62,962 nt of DNA from a virus. Its lineage: Duplodnaviria; Caudoviricetes. The notes below the pieces were generated by a model. It did not search any database, was not told the origin of the DNA, and saw nothing but the letters and a program-made list of their open reading frames with translations. Numbering within the stretch: the stretch's first letter is position 1; the number at the start of each line of letters is the position of its first letter. Location of the stretch: IMG/VR virus record IMGVR_UViG_3300033559_000345, positions 1-62,962 of that record; one strand, written 5' to 3'. Below, piece by piece: positions 44,213 to 54,732 of the stretch. The translations under genes were made by a program, and so were the position numbers.

Positions 44213-46507
44213 TTAAGCAATGACGGTGTTTCCACCAAACTTGTTGATGTTAACCGGATTTCTTGGGCCGGATGCCCCTTTATAATATGTATTATTTATA
44301 TACACACTCAACTTAAAGTTGTCACCGTCATAATAATATTTATATCGCCCATTATTATATTGTGGAGAGAACATATTGGACAATGCTGATGATGTCTTTC
44401 TAAAAATAATCATTCTATTACCAGCATCAAAGTGCGCTTCGAATTCACCAATCTTAATATCTTCCTTATCATATTCAGCCTCAACAATACGGGTGAAGTC
44501 GCGTAATTGCATAATACATTTTGATCCACGAAAAAACTCATTCCAATAAGCATCCTTATCAGTAATTGACGAGTCTATTTCAATAGAATAATAGAGATCA
44601 TCCAGGTTATCCCCTGTACTCTTGATTGTGAATTTTGGATCAGGCACTGACGTGAAAATAACCTTATCCTGGAACAATCTGAGAATATCATCACTGAAGA
44701 AAAATGATCGTAAAATCTGGGACTCATAAGGGCTGCGATCAATATTTTTGTTCGTAAAGATGCGCATTCTCCCATCAATATCAAATCCTGATGATTCATT
44801 CTGATAGTACAAGGTATTATCACCACTATTTATCAGCGGTGAGCCATATACTGAGGTGTAGTCATAATTATATGGCTCACCAGCTGTATCGAATGGGTTT
44901 TGTAAAATCTTTGGATCCTGATTTATGATATTATCTCCACCCGGCATTGTTGGAAGCGCGACTGTATAGCCGGTCTCGTAGTTGTATGCAGCACTATTTT
45001 TTATAGAGTCTGATATCGCATTGTCGAGAAAAGATATATCAATATCAACCTGTTCAGATACTAACACAATTGAGTTAGCCATTATACTATCACCGCCAGA
45101 TGATTGGGTTATCTGTAGTGTATTAGAACTTGGATGTGCAATAAGCATAGAGTTAATAAATTTTACAACTGATGCTGTAGACATATCAGATGATAACCCG
45201 TCAATAACCTCAACAATAGAATTTGCAATATTCAACTCATCGATATTTAATCCATTTATAAGCGACCCCGGGATTTCTCCTGGCGTAAGAAAGAGTTTCA
45301 ACTGATCTATTCTTACAGAGCCGGTGGCCTCATCTTGATTAACCAGGCTTTTATCATACAGTAATGTAGCAGCCCCGCTCGACAGCTCTCTGCTATAGGT
45401 CATAAAATTAAAAGATTTTATAGCACTTTCTGAAAATCCGCTCAGGTTAAATGTTGTATCACCAACATCATATGGAAATAAAACATTTCCCTCAAGATGA
45501 ATATTAATATCAGCATCTTCATATGATGATGCGTTCTGAAGCAGGTATTGCATTAAATCAGTTATCTTTGAAAACTGTTTTGACTCTGGTATTCCGGAGA
45601 TATAGTTGATATTACCGCTACCATCTTTACTTCGTAGATATACATCATCTGATTTTATTATCAGATTGTAAATATCCGTCTGTGATGATAGGAATGACAA
45701 TGAATTAATTTCAGCATTAAGCGACACGTATGGTTGATCAATATATGCTGCATCATAGAACATCTCATGCTCACTTTTAAGACTTGCTGATACACTGTAA
45801 ATTGGAAGTGTCACCCCTTCATAGCCAAGTATTGATAAGAAAAACCCGGTGCTGATAGTTTGTAGAATAAAGTCACCACCAAAGCAGTTTGCTCTATCCA
45901 GTAAAACAATCAACATTCCAGGTTGATAAGCCGCCTGTAGATCGCTCCCATTATACCCAACTATAGACCACTGGTCTGGGTATCCAACGCAATAAAGAAG
46001 ACCTGTTCCACCAAGGAGGTTTGCGTCAAATATTACTGCTGTATTATTAACATTTAAACCCGGTGTTGTGTCTAATCCAAACGATGCCGCATTGACTGTA
46101 TTCCATGCAATTTGTGTTGCCATACTGTTAGAGTTCAACTCAATGTACGGGAATGGCTCAACAGGCACAACTGCCGGTGGGACAATGCTCTTAACAAACT
46201 CTTTAACAGCGACATTGGTTAAGTATGAGGCATTGCCTGTTAAACCATACGGGTGATCTGTGAACAAAAGGACAATGCCACCTTCAGCCATAAAATTACG
46301 AAGCTTTGTTCTATTAGTTGCAGTAGGCTCACCAGTTCCACCGCCAAGGGGGCCAAAGTATAACACCCAGCAATGATCATAGGTGGTTTTGGATATAGTT
46401 GTTGGGAATGATGTTGAGTTTATTACTGTGTGGCCATTTGCAATCAAATGGTTAGATATTTGAGCAACAAATGATGCGTTTTCACACAGTAATAATACTC
46501 TACTCAT
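44213..46507 (-). CDS. Putative tail/receptor-binding protein with a beta-helix-like region
   Basis: Repetitive I/F-x-N-S strands and GSPLINSG...DIDGRMR...DRSPYE, resembling beta-helix-associated C-terminal motifs. Confidence 0.5.
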   Translation of the reverse strand: MSRVLLLCENASFVAQISNHLIANGHTVINSTSFPTTISKTTYDHCWVLYFGPLGGGTGEPTATNRTKLRNFMAEGGIVLLFTDHPYGLTGNASYLTNVAVKEFVKSIVPPAVVPVEPFPYIELNSNSMATQIAWNTVNAASFGLDTTPGLNVNNTAVIFDANLLGGTGLLYCVGYPDQWSIVGYNGSDLQAAYQPGMLIVLLDRANCFGGDFILQTISTGFFLSILGYEGVTLPIYSVSASLKSEHEMFYDAAYIDQPYVSLNAEINSLSFLSSQTDIYNLIIKSDDVYLRSKDGSGNINYISGIPESKQFSKITDLMQYLLQNASSYEDADINIHLEGNVLFPYDVGDTTFNLSGFSESAIKSFNFMTYSRELSSGAATLLYDKSLVNQDEATGSVRIDQLKLFLTPGEIPGSLINGLNIDELNIANSIVEVIDGLSSDMSTASVVKFINSMLIAHPSSNTLQITQSSGGDSIMANSIVLVSEQVDIDISFLDNAISDSIKNSAAYNYETGYTVALPTMPGGDNIINQDPKILQNPFDTAGEPYNYDYTSVYGSPLINSGDNTLYYQNESSGFDIDGRMRIFTNKNIDRSPYESQILRSFFFSDDILRLFQDKVIFTSVPDPKFTIKSTGDNLDDLYYSIEIDSSITDKDAYWNEFFRGSKCIMQLRDFTRIVEAEYDKEDIKIGEFEAHFDAGNRMIIFRKTSSALSNMFSPQYNNGRYKYYYDGDNFKLSVYINNTYYKGASGPRNPVNINKFGGNTVIA

Positions 46508-46519
46508 TGTTTTCTCCGG

Positions 46520-47050
46520 TTATATTTCACTAAGCAGTCTTGTGTATTTTACAGGAATTCGAATATTGTCCGGAAGCATTTCAAGTGGAATGATATTCAA
46601 TTCAATATCAACGCTCTTATCCATAGCTATTCGGAAATCCTTCGAAATATCAGAATCAGCTAGTTTAACCATTTCATCGATATACGAATCTATAGTACTG
46701 CGATCTCTTACATCATACAGTTTAATAGAAGAAAGGCCGTCTATTTTGATAGCAATTCCCTGGCCGTTATCTCCAATCAGTTGGGTCGGAACAATCTTTC
46801 CATCAACCATATTACAATACTTTTCATGTATAGGCTTAGCCTGCTCCATGTACTGTCGAATAAAGTTTATAGATACAGACTCGCATCCACCACTAACCAA
46901 TGCTGACTTCAATATTTCCATATTGGCATCTGAGACGACAACAAACCTAGCACCAGCCCCGGTGCGCTGTAAAAGATCTACCGCATTAGCGAGGTGTATA
47001 TACATATCAGACATGTCTGAATATGTAATATTAATACTTTTCTTCATCAT
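46520..47050 (-). CDS. Hypothetical protein
   Basis: 176-aa ORF with a GAAAGGG RBS and its own upstream AT-rich promoter-like region. Confidence 0.6.
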   Translation of the reverse strand: MMKKSINITYSDMSDMYIHLANAVDLLQRTGAGARFVVVSDANMEILKSALVSGGCESVSINFIRQYMEQAKPIHEKYCNMVDGKIVPTQLIGDNGQGIAIKIDGLSSIKLYDVRDRSTIDSYIDEMVKLADSDISKDFRIAMDKSVDIELNIIPLEMLPDNIRIPVKYTRLLSEI

Positions 47051-47111
47051 AATAGTTTTGCCCTTTCTATTAATTATTTATTCACTCAATATACATTATA
47101 ACCACTGGTTT

Positions 47112-47543
47112 TCAAATGGTTAGGCTGATAATTGAGTACTGAAGATTGCTGATAACAATTTGCTTCTGGTATTCCCAGGTGGTCTGTGCGAACTGTATAT
47201 CATTATTAGCACTCATGCCAACAGACCCGCTTAATATTGTGTTACCACCAGCCTCATCCAGTATCCTAAAACTTGTAGCTGTAGCGGTACTTCCAGGTGT
47301 GCCGCCAACCCATGACGCTTCCATTTCAATTGTGGTATCTCCCGATGTTTTCTGAAAAGCGAGATACATACTGCCAGATACCGGTATTGAAATATGTGAT
47401 ATCTCCACAGATGCGATTGGCGTATTAGGTGTTGCACCTACTGTGCCTAGAATCTGAAGTACAGCATTTCCACCAGGGAGGTCAAATGCATTCCGTAATT
47501 GTGTCAGCATTGCAATTTCAGCTGTCGTGTCAATAGTAATCAT
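47112..47543 (-). CDS. Small putative virion structural protein
   Basis: TATATSFRILD...LSGSVG...DIQF pattern seen in small tail/baseplate proteins. Confidence 0.5.
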   Translation of the reverse strand: MITIDTTAEIAMLTQLRNAFDLPGGNAVLQILGTVGATPNTPIASVEISHISIPVSGSMYLAFQKTSGDTTIEMEASWVGGTPGSTATATSFRILDEAGGNTILSGSVGMSANNDIQFAQTTWEYQKQIVISNLQYSIISLTI

Positions 47544-47547
47544 CTTT

Positions 47548-49725
47548 TTACCGCCTATCGGTATAGGTTTTAAAGTCTACGGGTATATATTCGCCAGCAG
47601 ATGACCCGTGGTTTTCTGCTGTTATAAATAATGCTCCATATTTTTCATCATGATCATTATATAGATCAAAATTAATAAATCGGCCCCAGTTTGGAAAGGA
47701 TTCCCAGTCAAATTTATTTACATTTGTAGTTAAAAGGTCGTACATGGACACGGTATCTCCAGCCTCATACAAGGTGTCCATATTGGAATCAATATAGTAT
47801 CTTTCATACTTGCACCCACCATGATTAACCAGAAGAAACTTATGAGTCAACCATGGTATATGGGCTACTCCGGAGTCATTCGGGATATCCTCATAACCAA
47901 CGTAGTCGTTATACTCATTAATAAAATCATTAACATGTTTAAATAGTGATATATCTACATTTCCAGCATTATTTTGATTACGACCAACAGCTGTGATGTG
48001 GTGAATACCATTGTACGGCGAGTTGTATAGTATTATTTCTGGATACTTCCTGAACTCATTCATGCTCTGTACAAAATTAATTAATGATTGAATTGCATCG
48101 TGCCCTTGTTCAAATTGAATCGTTATCTGCGCCGGGGTGTCTGCTGTTTCATCTGTGTATCCTACTACGGAATACTTATTAATAAGCCTTGGATACACAA
48201 CGCCTAATATTGCGGGCACTACCTGTGATCCGGCAACTATAATCCTGATAACGCCGGAGTCACGGTTGATAACCCTCTTGATGTTCAGTATTTCATTAGC
48301 CGTCTCAGAGAGTATTTGTCCTCCGTCATAAAACATATAAGAGAGTTTCCCCGGAACCTTGAGTGCTATGTCATACTCTATTCCTGACGGTGTGGATCCA
48401 ACCTCTGTAACGCTGACTATCTCATACCCATATGATTCAAATAGCCCTACTACAGTTCCGCTATCGGCAGCTATAGGTGCTCCATATAATGCGTTAATAG
48501 CCTCGTCAGCTCTGTCAGGGGTTTGCAGGCCAAGCATGGTGGAGTTAATGGCTGTTTTCCCTGATGTATTAGAATGATTATAGCCTGACCACCCATTAAT
48601 ACCTACCATATTGCCATAGGCTTCATACAGGTACTGGTCTTTAATTGCTACATAGTCGCAATACACAGCCCCGGAGTACTCTGGCCTAACGTTGAATTCG
48701 ATAAAGCCATCTCGCACATCAAAATCTATACCCTTCTCAAAATATTGATCTTCCTTAGTGTCCGCATTAATAATTCTAAGATAGCCAATATCCTCTATGT
48801 TTGGATCGATATTATATGATAAACCGGTAGTGATGTAGAATGATATATCCTTATTAAGCAGTTCACCAAGATTACTATGTATCTCAAGTGCGTATGCATT
48901 ATTCTGAGTTGACTGAGGGTTGTAATCGCCGGTAAGACTCGAAACGATGCTGTGTATTTTGTAAAATCTCTTCTCATCATCCCCTTTTATGACAACTACT
49001 GCATACTTATCCACACCATCTTGAAATAAATCATAAATAGCCGAGTAGGCAGATTCGCTTACTGGGATATAATTAACATACTCAAGGTCGCCAGTTTCAA
49101 CATTGGCATTTGGCGGTAAGGCCACCACACTGCCTGCCGGAATAATAAGATACTTTATACTTCCGGATATTGGATCAAGCGGTATAGGAGTAGAGTTTAA
49201 AACGCCAATATCAACAGATGACATATAGTCATACACTTCCGTTTGCGCCTTCTCTTGATTAATTACACTTCTATATCTGCCTGCATATAAGAGTATTTTA
49301 TGATTAACCTCGCTCAGTGTTGTCCAAAAAGCTTCAAACCAATTAGTTAAATCCTCAGATTTCAAATTCCAGAATGTTGATATGTAATCCCAGAATTTCC
49401 AGTAATTGATTGACGGGTATTGAGGTCCGCACACCTTTCCTGTGACACTAACATCACTCAGTGCTGCCTCAAAAAATGATAGCGATCCTATCTTTCCATC
49501 TCTTGCGACACCGTCTATTCCAAATTGATACAAAGATTCAGATTCACTGCCATTTTGTATTGGCGCTACTTCTGAATATTTGAATAAAGATATAGCATCA
49601 TCAATTGAGTATATACTGTCCGCAATTCTACTTCCAATGCTTGATTCCCAGGTGGTATTGATTGATACAACACTACCTGGGTTTTGTATAGTGACTTCAC
49701 TATTCTGAAATGTTAAAGTCGACAT
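47548..49725 (-). CDS. Putative baseplate wedge protein
   Basis: Downstream of the baseplate J-like gene; FWDYISTFW and AINALYGAP motifs. Confidence 0.45.
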   Translation of the reverse strand: MSTLTFQNSEVTIQNPGSVVSINTTWESSIGSRIADSIYSIDDAISLFKYSEVAPIQNGSESESLYQFGIDGVARDGKIGSLSFFEAALSDVSVTGKVCGPQYPSINYWKFWDYISTFWNLKSEDLTNWFEAFWTTLSEVNHKILLYAGRYRSVINQEKAQTEVYDYMSSVDIGVLNSTPIPLDPISGSIKYLIIPAGSVVALPPNANVETGDLEYVNYIPVSESAYSAIYDLFQDGVDKYAVVVIKGDDEKRFYKIHSIVSSLTGDYNPQSTQNNAYALEIHSNLGELLNKDISFYITTGLSYNIDPNIEDIGYLRIINADTKEDQYFEKGIDFDVRDGFIEFNVRPEYSGAVYCDYVAIKDQYLYEAYGNMVGINGWSGYNHSNTSGKTAINSTMLGLQTPDRADEAINALYGAPIAADSGTVVGLFESYGYEIVSVTEVGSTPSGIEYDIALKVPGKLSYMFYDGGQILSETANEILNIKRVINRDSGVIRIIVAGSQVVPAILGVVYPRLINKYSVVGYTDETADTPAQITIQFEQGHDAIQSLINFVQSMNEFRKYPEIILYNSPYNGIHHITAVGRNQNNAGNVDISLFKHVNDFINEYNDYVGYEDIPNDSGVAHIPWLTHKFLLVNHGGCKYERYYIDSNMDTLYEAGDTVSMYDLLTTNVNKFDWESFPNWGRFINFDLYNDHDEKYGALFITAENHGSSAGEYIPVDFKTYTDRR

Positions 49726-51239
49726 TATGCGGCCTCATAGGTGCTAATATTGGTTATGCTATCTTTTATTAAATGGTTCGCAGTGAGTGCGCCGCCCGAT
49801 GTAAGCTTATTAGATGATATTATTGATCCTGCAAATTCAATATCGTGATATGAGTGTGATAAGTCAATGTGACCAGCTCTTACCGGCGTTCCACCTATTG
49901 TAAATAAGTTACAATGAATATTGGTATTTAAAAATCTAATCTTACCACTACCACTTGATGACTCGCATGGATAAATGTTGAAATTAGCGTCAGGGGTATT
50001 GGATATCAAGATGAAATCTTTTATATCTACAATATCAGCGCTTGTTGGGAATGTTATCCGTAATGCTCCGCACAGTGTTACGACCCCGGTTAATATCAAT
50101 CCCCACGGACCATGCTTTTGTAGATCCCATGATTCAAACGTCATATAGTTCTGGTCTGCTATGCCTATTAAAAGACACCCTTGAACACTACCCATCTCTT
50201 TCAAGCCTTTAATTTTAAATACAGCTGCATATGGATGTGTTGATGGGGCATTCACACCTGCAAGATCTATAAACTGATCTCCACTCCAAGGGTCATACTG
50301 AGACCCTGACCCGTTAGATGCCTTTGTCAGATCAACATATATCCTTGCACCTGAGTAATAAAATGCCCCGGGGCCAAGCCGTGTATTGCCAGCAATATCT
50401 ATCAGTATCTCACCAGATAAAGTTGTTGTGAACAGTGTTATCTTTTTATAATAAGCAGTTTCGATCGAGGCACCTGATGCAGCTATTCCAGTAAGATCAT
50501 AGGCAGACAGGAAGGATGCAGAGAATATAACATCCGCACCTATTTCACTAGGGTCAAACCCTGGGTCTGCCAGTTCAAACTCAGAATGATCAATTATTAA
50601 GTTTGCCCCTGTAATGGGTGATGTTGTGTTTCTGAAAATTGCATCATAAACTGTAGTAGTTGATCCAGAGCCCGTGCACGCATTAAGAATCATATCGAAA
50701 CCATTAAAGCTGCACCCGAGATATCGTACATTGCAATGTGAAGTTTCAAAATCTCCAACACCAGCATCACTTGTTACCATGGTAAGCTCATTGCTACCGG
50801 CTATACCAGTGATAAGAAACGAGTTGATGAAGTCAATATCATAATTTACATCAGCGTTCATAACCTCAAATACAGACGAGGTGTATGGCGTCCCCGTATT
50901 ATAAGCTGCCTTGAAAAATGTAGAATTAATAATAATTTTGGTGTTATTAACTGGATTTAAAACAAATGCTGCTGAAACCTCAAAGTGTAAATCAAGCATT
51001 CCAACGCCACCATCAAACCCTGTGATAGTTAATTTTGTAACATTAGATGGTATAATAATACTTTCTGAAACCTTGCCTGCCGAAAGGTTATCATGGATGA
51101 TAATCTTTATTTCATCGGCAATAGAGTTTTCTACAGCGTTCTTAAGCTGGCTCCATGTGGCATACGGATATAGCTTTGTACCCATTGGCACAATACCATT
51201 CTCAAGCTCTGAGTATCTATAATGAAATGTGGCTTCCAA
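49725..51239 (-). CDS. Putative virion protein with beta-helix-like repeats
   Basis: Two related starts of repeats, GTKLYPYATW and GSGSQYDPW (IYVD...G.GS..DPW type); TTG start coupled to the upstream stop. Confidence 0.5.
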   Translation of the reverse strand: MEATFHYRYSELENGIVPMGTKLYPYATWSQLKNAVENSIADEIKIIIHDNLSAGKVSESIIIPSNVTKLTITGFDGGVGMLDLHFEVSAAFVLNPVNNTKIIINSTFFKAAYNTGTPYTSSVFEVMNADVNYDIDFINSFLITGIAGSNELTMVTSDAGVGDFETSHCNVRYLGCSFNGFDMILNACTGSGSTTTVYDAIFRNTTSPITGANLIIDHSEFELADPGFDPSEIGADVIFSASFLSAYDLTGIAASGASIETAYYKKITLFTTTLSGEILIDIAGNTRLGPGAFYYSGARIYVDLTKASNGSGSQYDPWSGDQFIDLAGVNAPSTHPYAAVFKIKGLKEMGSVQGCLLIGIADQNYMTFESWDLQKHGPWGLILTGVVTLCGALRITFPTSADIVDIKDFILISNTPDANFNIYPCESSSGSGKIRFLNTNIHCNLFTIGGTPVRAGHIDLSHSYHDIEFAGSIISSNKLTSGGALTANHLIKDSITNISTYEAA

Positions 51240-51240
51240 A

Positions 51241-54201
51241 TTAAGCCCCTTCTATTGTTATAGTATCAACATAAAAGAATTCGATCGGCTTAATAACCAG
51301 GGTGTACCCGCTACTGCTGTCAAGCTTGTAATTCTCAGGTTCAAATCTACTATTCAATTTTGTATATTCAATAGATACACTGCTATCATTAACACTGATA
51401 ATATAACCCTCGCCCCGGAGATATTCTATAAGTTTCTCCATACTGAAAACTGTCGTAACCATTTCATCCATAAACAGCGCAACAGCTGACCTGACATCTT
51501 CGGGCTCTGAGTTTCCAGAGTAAGCAAATGCTATTGAAATTCTTACAGGAAAAGCGTGCTTAACCAGATATGATCCAAAATTCTGCTTATAAATAGAGGA
51601 TGAAAAGAAATCCTGAATATTAGATATCCTTGGATATGTCGCATATTCAACCTGTATTGTATTCACACCTTGATCTTCAAGGGTTATTCTGATAACCTCT
51701 TGGACACTGTTTCTATAGTCATCAGATTCATACTGTGTAGTGTATTCAGATCCAGATATCCTTATAGCCCCCTGGATAGGAGAAATCACAGTAATACCTA
51801 AAATATTGGCCACAGGCATATCTGCGCCAGCTGTCTTACTGAGTGTAAAATATGATTCTGTAGACAGTTTCGTAAGCTCAATCGTTGATGCCGGAACCTG
51901 CTCGATGTTATAGTATGTTGTCGCATAGACATCACATTCAGTGTTAGAATGGTAATACTTCGTACTCTTATCACTCATTGAAATGTATCCAACATTCAAA
52001 ACAGCCTCTACATCAGCAAGGTTTCCCCCGGCATATCGCGAAAAAGCCTTCGATGCTCCAATTGACTGCACCATAATCATTACTCTGCCCGAGAACGCCC
52101 CGCCAAGAATGTAATTGGAAATATTTCCAATTTCATAGTATGCGGGTTTATTGATGTTTGATGCTGTACCAGATAACTCAGGTATTAGTTGCCAGTTTCC
52201 AGAGTTGAGTGATGAGGACGGATTAAATATAGGGTCGCCATTCGGGTTCCAGATATACACATTAACACCCTCAACGGATGTTGCACCACGATATCCTGAG
52301 CCATATGCTGACAACTTCAATTCAACATTACCGGTTAATTTTTCAACATCAATAGCAAAGTATGCTTGAGCATGACTCTCTGCTATATCAACAGCAACTA
52401 GGTCGGATACAATCCACTGACCTTTGTTGTTAGCATTGCGTGGGGTTAATGATATCTTAACGGACTCGCCAAACATATAATTGCTATTATCAACAAATTC
52501 ATTCAGTATAGGCTGAAAAGAGGATGTTGGCGCCGATAGCTTTATAGGCGTTGTAACCTCTCCAACTGCTGATAGTACAAGTGTTGCACTGACATTTCTT
52601 TTACTATCACGGTTGTCGCCATTAGATGATCTATCATTCAAGAACAGCTCGAATTCATACTGTTTTGCATAATCCAAGGTTGCCGGGATTTCAATAATAG
52701 CGTTCCCGTCAGCGGCGGTTCCACCGTACCAGTCTGGGGCTGCATATACCTGATCTTGATCATAAGATGTTCCGACATAGATAAAAATTGCAGCATTATT
52801 AGTCGAGTTATCGTATGGCTTATATGAATGTATTCCAAAACCTATACCAGTAAAAGCTTTCATAGGATTCCTACTATTATCCCCTGCAACCCCTATCTGT
52901 AATGTGCTGTTATAGTAAGCCTCATCATCATCTGGGTCCGGGAATGATATCTTCCCTGTAAGCTTCACACCGCCACGCTTTGAAATATTCGCCATAGCCA
53001 TGATAGTTGATGCTGTCTTGGTAATTGCCGAAAGTATTATTTCACCGTTTTCCAGTGATACTGGTGACGGGGTTACTGATAGGTCACTATCACTACCAAG
53101 CTCTTCAAATACGCCGGCCGGACGATAATGGTTTCCAACAACAAAGCTATCAAGACCATCGAGAAAGGTGTCAAGAATAGGCTCTGTCTGCTGATTCATA
53201 TTATTTGTGATATCATCAAAATAAAGCCCAGTATACTGCTCTATGCTCATTTCACTTTCCAGTGCCACTCCATCAAGTCCAGGGTCTTCTATTGTATCGC
53301 TTTCACTATCAACAGGTGATATTGTTACGGGGAATTCATAAGCCGAACTCAGTGTAAACGGTTTATAGTTCACATATGACAATGATCCTATACGTGGCGG
53401 GAAGAAGTCTACATATCCAATATGTGGAACAATGTTATTTCCAGGGGTTTTACCAAGATAGTTAGCTTCAGAGTTGCCTCTGGTTACACCATAAATGAGG
53501 TCTCTCTGCATGTACTGATCACCAGCACCAGCCACATAGACATTTCTAACGATCGGGAAAAACTCAGGCAGCATAGATATAATAGACCTCTCATTAGAGA
53601 GTGACCGATCATTAATCGCCCTTCTCATGCGGTTGTATAATCTCTCATTATCCTCGCGATACACTCCGCCAGACACAATGTTCTTATTTGATGCAAATTT
53701 ATAACCTACAGAAAGACCTCTTACCTCAGTAATTGTTCCAGGTTGCTTATTCCCGCTAGTTCCGGGTAATGTGGCAACAATGGGCAGTGTAACCTCATAT
53801 AATGCATACGGATTATCAGACGCCTTCAGAAAACCCTTTGTCACAGTAATAGGTTGTGCTATATTGTATGTTGTGCCGTCATCCGCGGCGAATATAACGT
53901 CACTATTAACATCAAATGATGTTGTAGTATCAAAATAAAGCGTGATGGTTCCAACTGCCCGGTTACCCTCTGCTCTCTTAATAAAGAACCTTGCAGCAAA
54001 GTCACCAAGCTGTTCCTCTGTCATATTTTGCCAATTATTGATATTATTGGTCATCCTGGCATCATTAAGAGCATTATAGAAATCAGATATAATAATACCA
54101 GTCGGCTTTGTTGCCAGCTCGTCAACAAAGGTTCCGCGCTGACCAGTTGCCGGAGATACCTGACTCCACCTGTCTCTGATGTATTGGATCATGTTAAACA
54201 T
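51241..54201 (-). CDS. Baseplate J/gp6-like wedge protein
   Basis: FIKRAEGNRAVGTITLYF...IVATLPGTSGN...GGVYREDNERLYNR matches the Baseplate_J pattern. Confidence 0.8.
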   Translation of the reverse strand: MFNMIQYIRDRWSQVSPATGQRGTFVDELATKPTGIIISDFYNALNDARMTNNINNWQNMTEEQLGDFAARFFIKRAEGNRAVGTITLYFDTTTSFDVNSDVIFAADDGTTYNIAQPITVTKGFLKASDNPYALYEVTLPIVATLPGTSGNKQPGTITEVRGLSVGYKFASNKNIVSGGVYREDNERLYNRMRRAINDRSLSNERSIISMLPEFFPIVRNVYVAGAGDQYMQRDLIYGVTRGNSEANYLGKTPGNNIVPHIGYVDFFPPRIGSLSYVNYKPFTLSSAYEFPVTISPVDSESDTIEDPGLDGVALESEMSIEQYTGLYFDDITNNMNQQTEPILDTFLDGLDSFVVGNHYRPAGVFEELGSDSDLSVTPSPVSLENGEIILSAITKTASTIMAMANISKRGGVKLTGKISFPDPDDDEAYYNSTLQIGVAGDNSRNPMKAFTGIGFGIHSYKPYDNSTNNAAIFIYVGTSYDQDQVYAAPDWYGGTAADGNAIIEIPATLDYAKQYEFELFLNDRSSNGDNRDSKRNVSATLVLSAVGEVTTPIKLSAPTSSFQPILNEFVDNSNYMFGESVKISLTPRNANNKGQWIVSDLVAVDIAESHAQAYFAIDVEKLTGNVELKLSAYGSGYRGATSVEGVNVYIWNPNGDPIFNPSSSLNSGNWQLIPELSGTASNINKPAYYEIGNISNYILGGAFSGRVMIMVQSIGASKAFSRYAGGNLADVEAVLNVGYISMSDKSTKYYHSNTECDVYATTYYNIEQVPASTIELTKLSTESYFTLSKTAGADMPVANILGITVISPIQGAIRISGSEYTTQYESDDYRNSVQEVIRITLEDQGVNTIQVEYATYPRISNIQDFFSSSIYKQNFGSYLVKHAFPVRISIAFAYSGNSEPEDVRSAVALFMDEMVTTVFSMEKLIEYLRGEGYIISVNDSSVSIEYTKLNSRFEPENYKLDSSSGYTLVIKPIEFFYVDTITIEGA

Positions 54202-54202
54202 T

Positions 54203-54664
54203 CTAAAACTCCTTAATATTTATGACAGGCAGGTTCAGTTTCAAGTCTGATTCCGGCTCTATTTCCTCTGGCACGACATTAACAACGGCTACAACTCTAT
54301 CTCCATATGACTCAAGGCTTTCAATTGAGGCTGAAGAAAGCCGCTCGGTACTTAGCAGTATTCTACCAGCCTGATCAGATTTGATTGAAATAACAGCATT
54401 TCTGATTGCAGCAGTCATTGCGGCGGCTATCTCCGCTTTATTATTAACATTCATAACCGATGATCCGCCAAATATTACATTTCCACCGAATCGCTCCTCG
54501 ACAACCTGCTTTGTATCAGGGTAGAAATACTGACGCCATGAAGTTAATAATGTTATCTCAAACTGATTCAATAAAGCCCTGTTACCTGATACTGACCTTG
54601 TACCAGGCTCAATTGAGATATCGCCATTTTTAATATCCAATGTTGTTGTAAAATCAATATCCAT
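54203..54664 (-). CDS. gp25-like baseplate wedge / sheath initiator
   Basis: VSGNRALLNQFEITLLT...RFGG...ERL pattern, directly upstream of baseplate J. Confidence 0.6.
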   Translation of the reverse strand: MDIDFTTTLDIKNGDISIEPGTRSVSGNRALLNQFEITLLTSWRQYFYPDTKQVVEERFGGNVIFGGSSVMNVNNKAEIAAAMTAAIRNAVISIKSDQAGRILLSTERLSSASIESLESYGDRVVAVVNVVPEEIEPESDLKLNLPVINIKEF

Positions 54665-54732
54665 TATCTTACCCCATAGAAAAACGCTTTATAGTTAAAA
54701 TATAATATGGAAAGCGTTTTATCCACTTCAAT

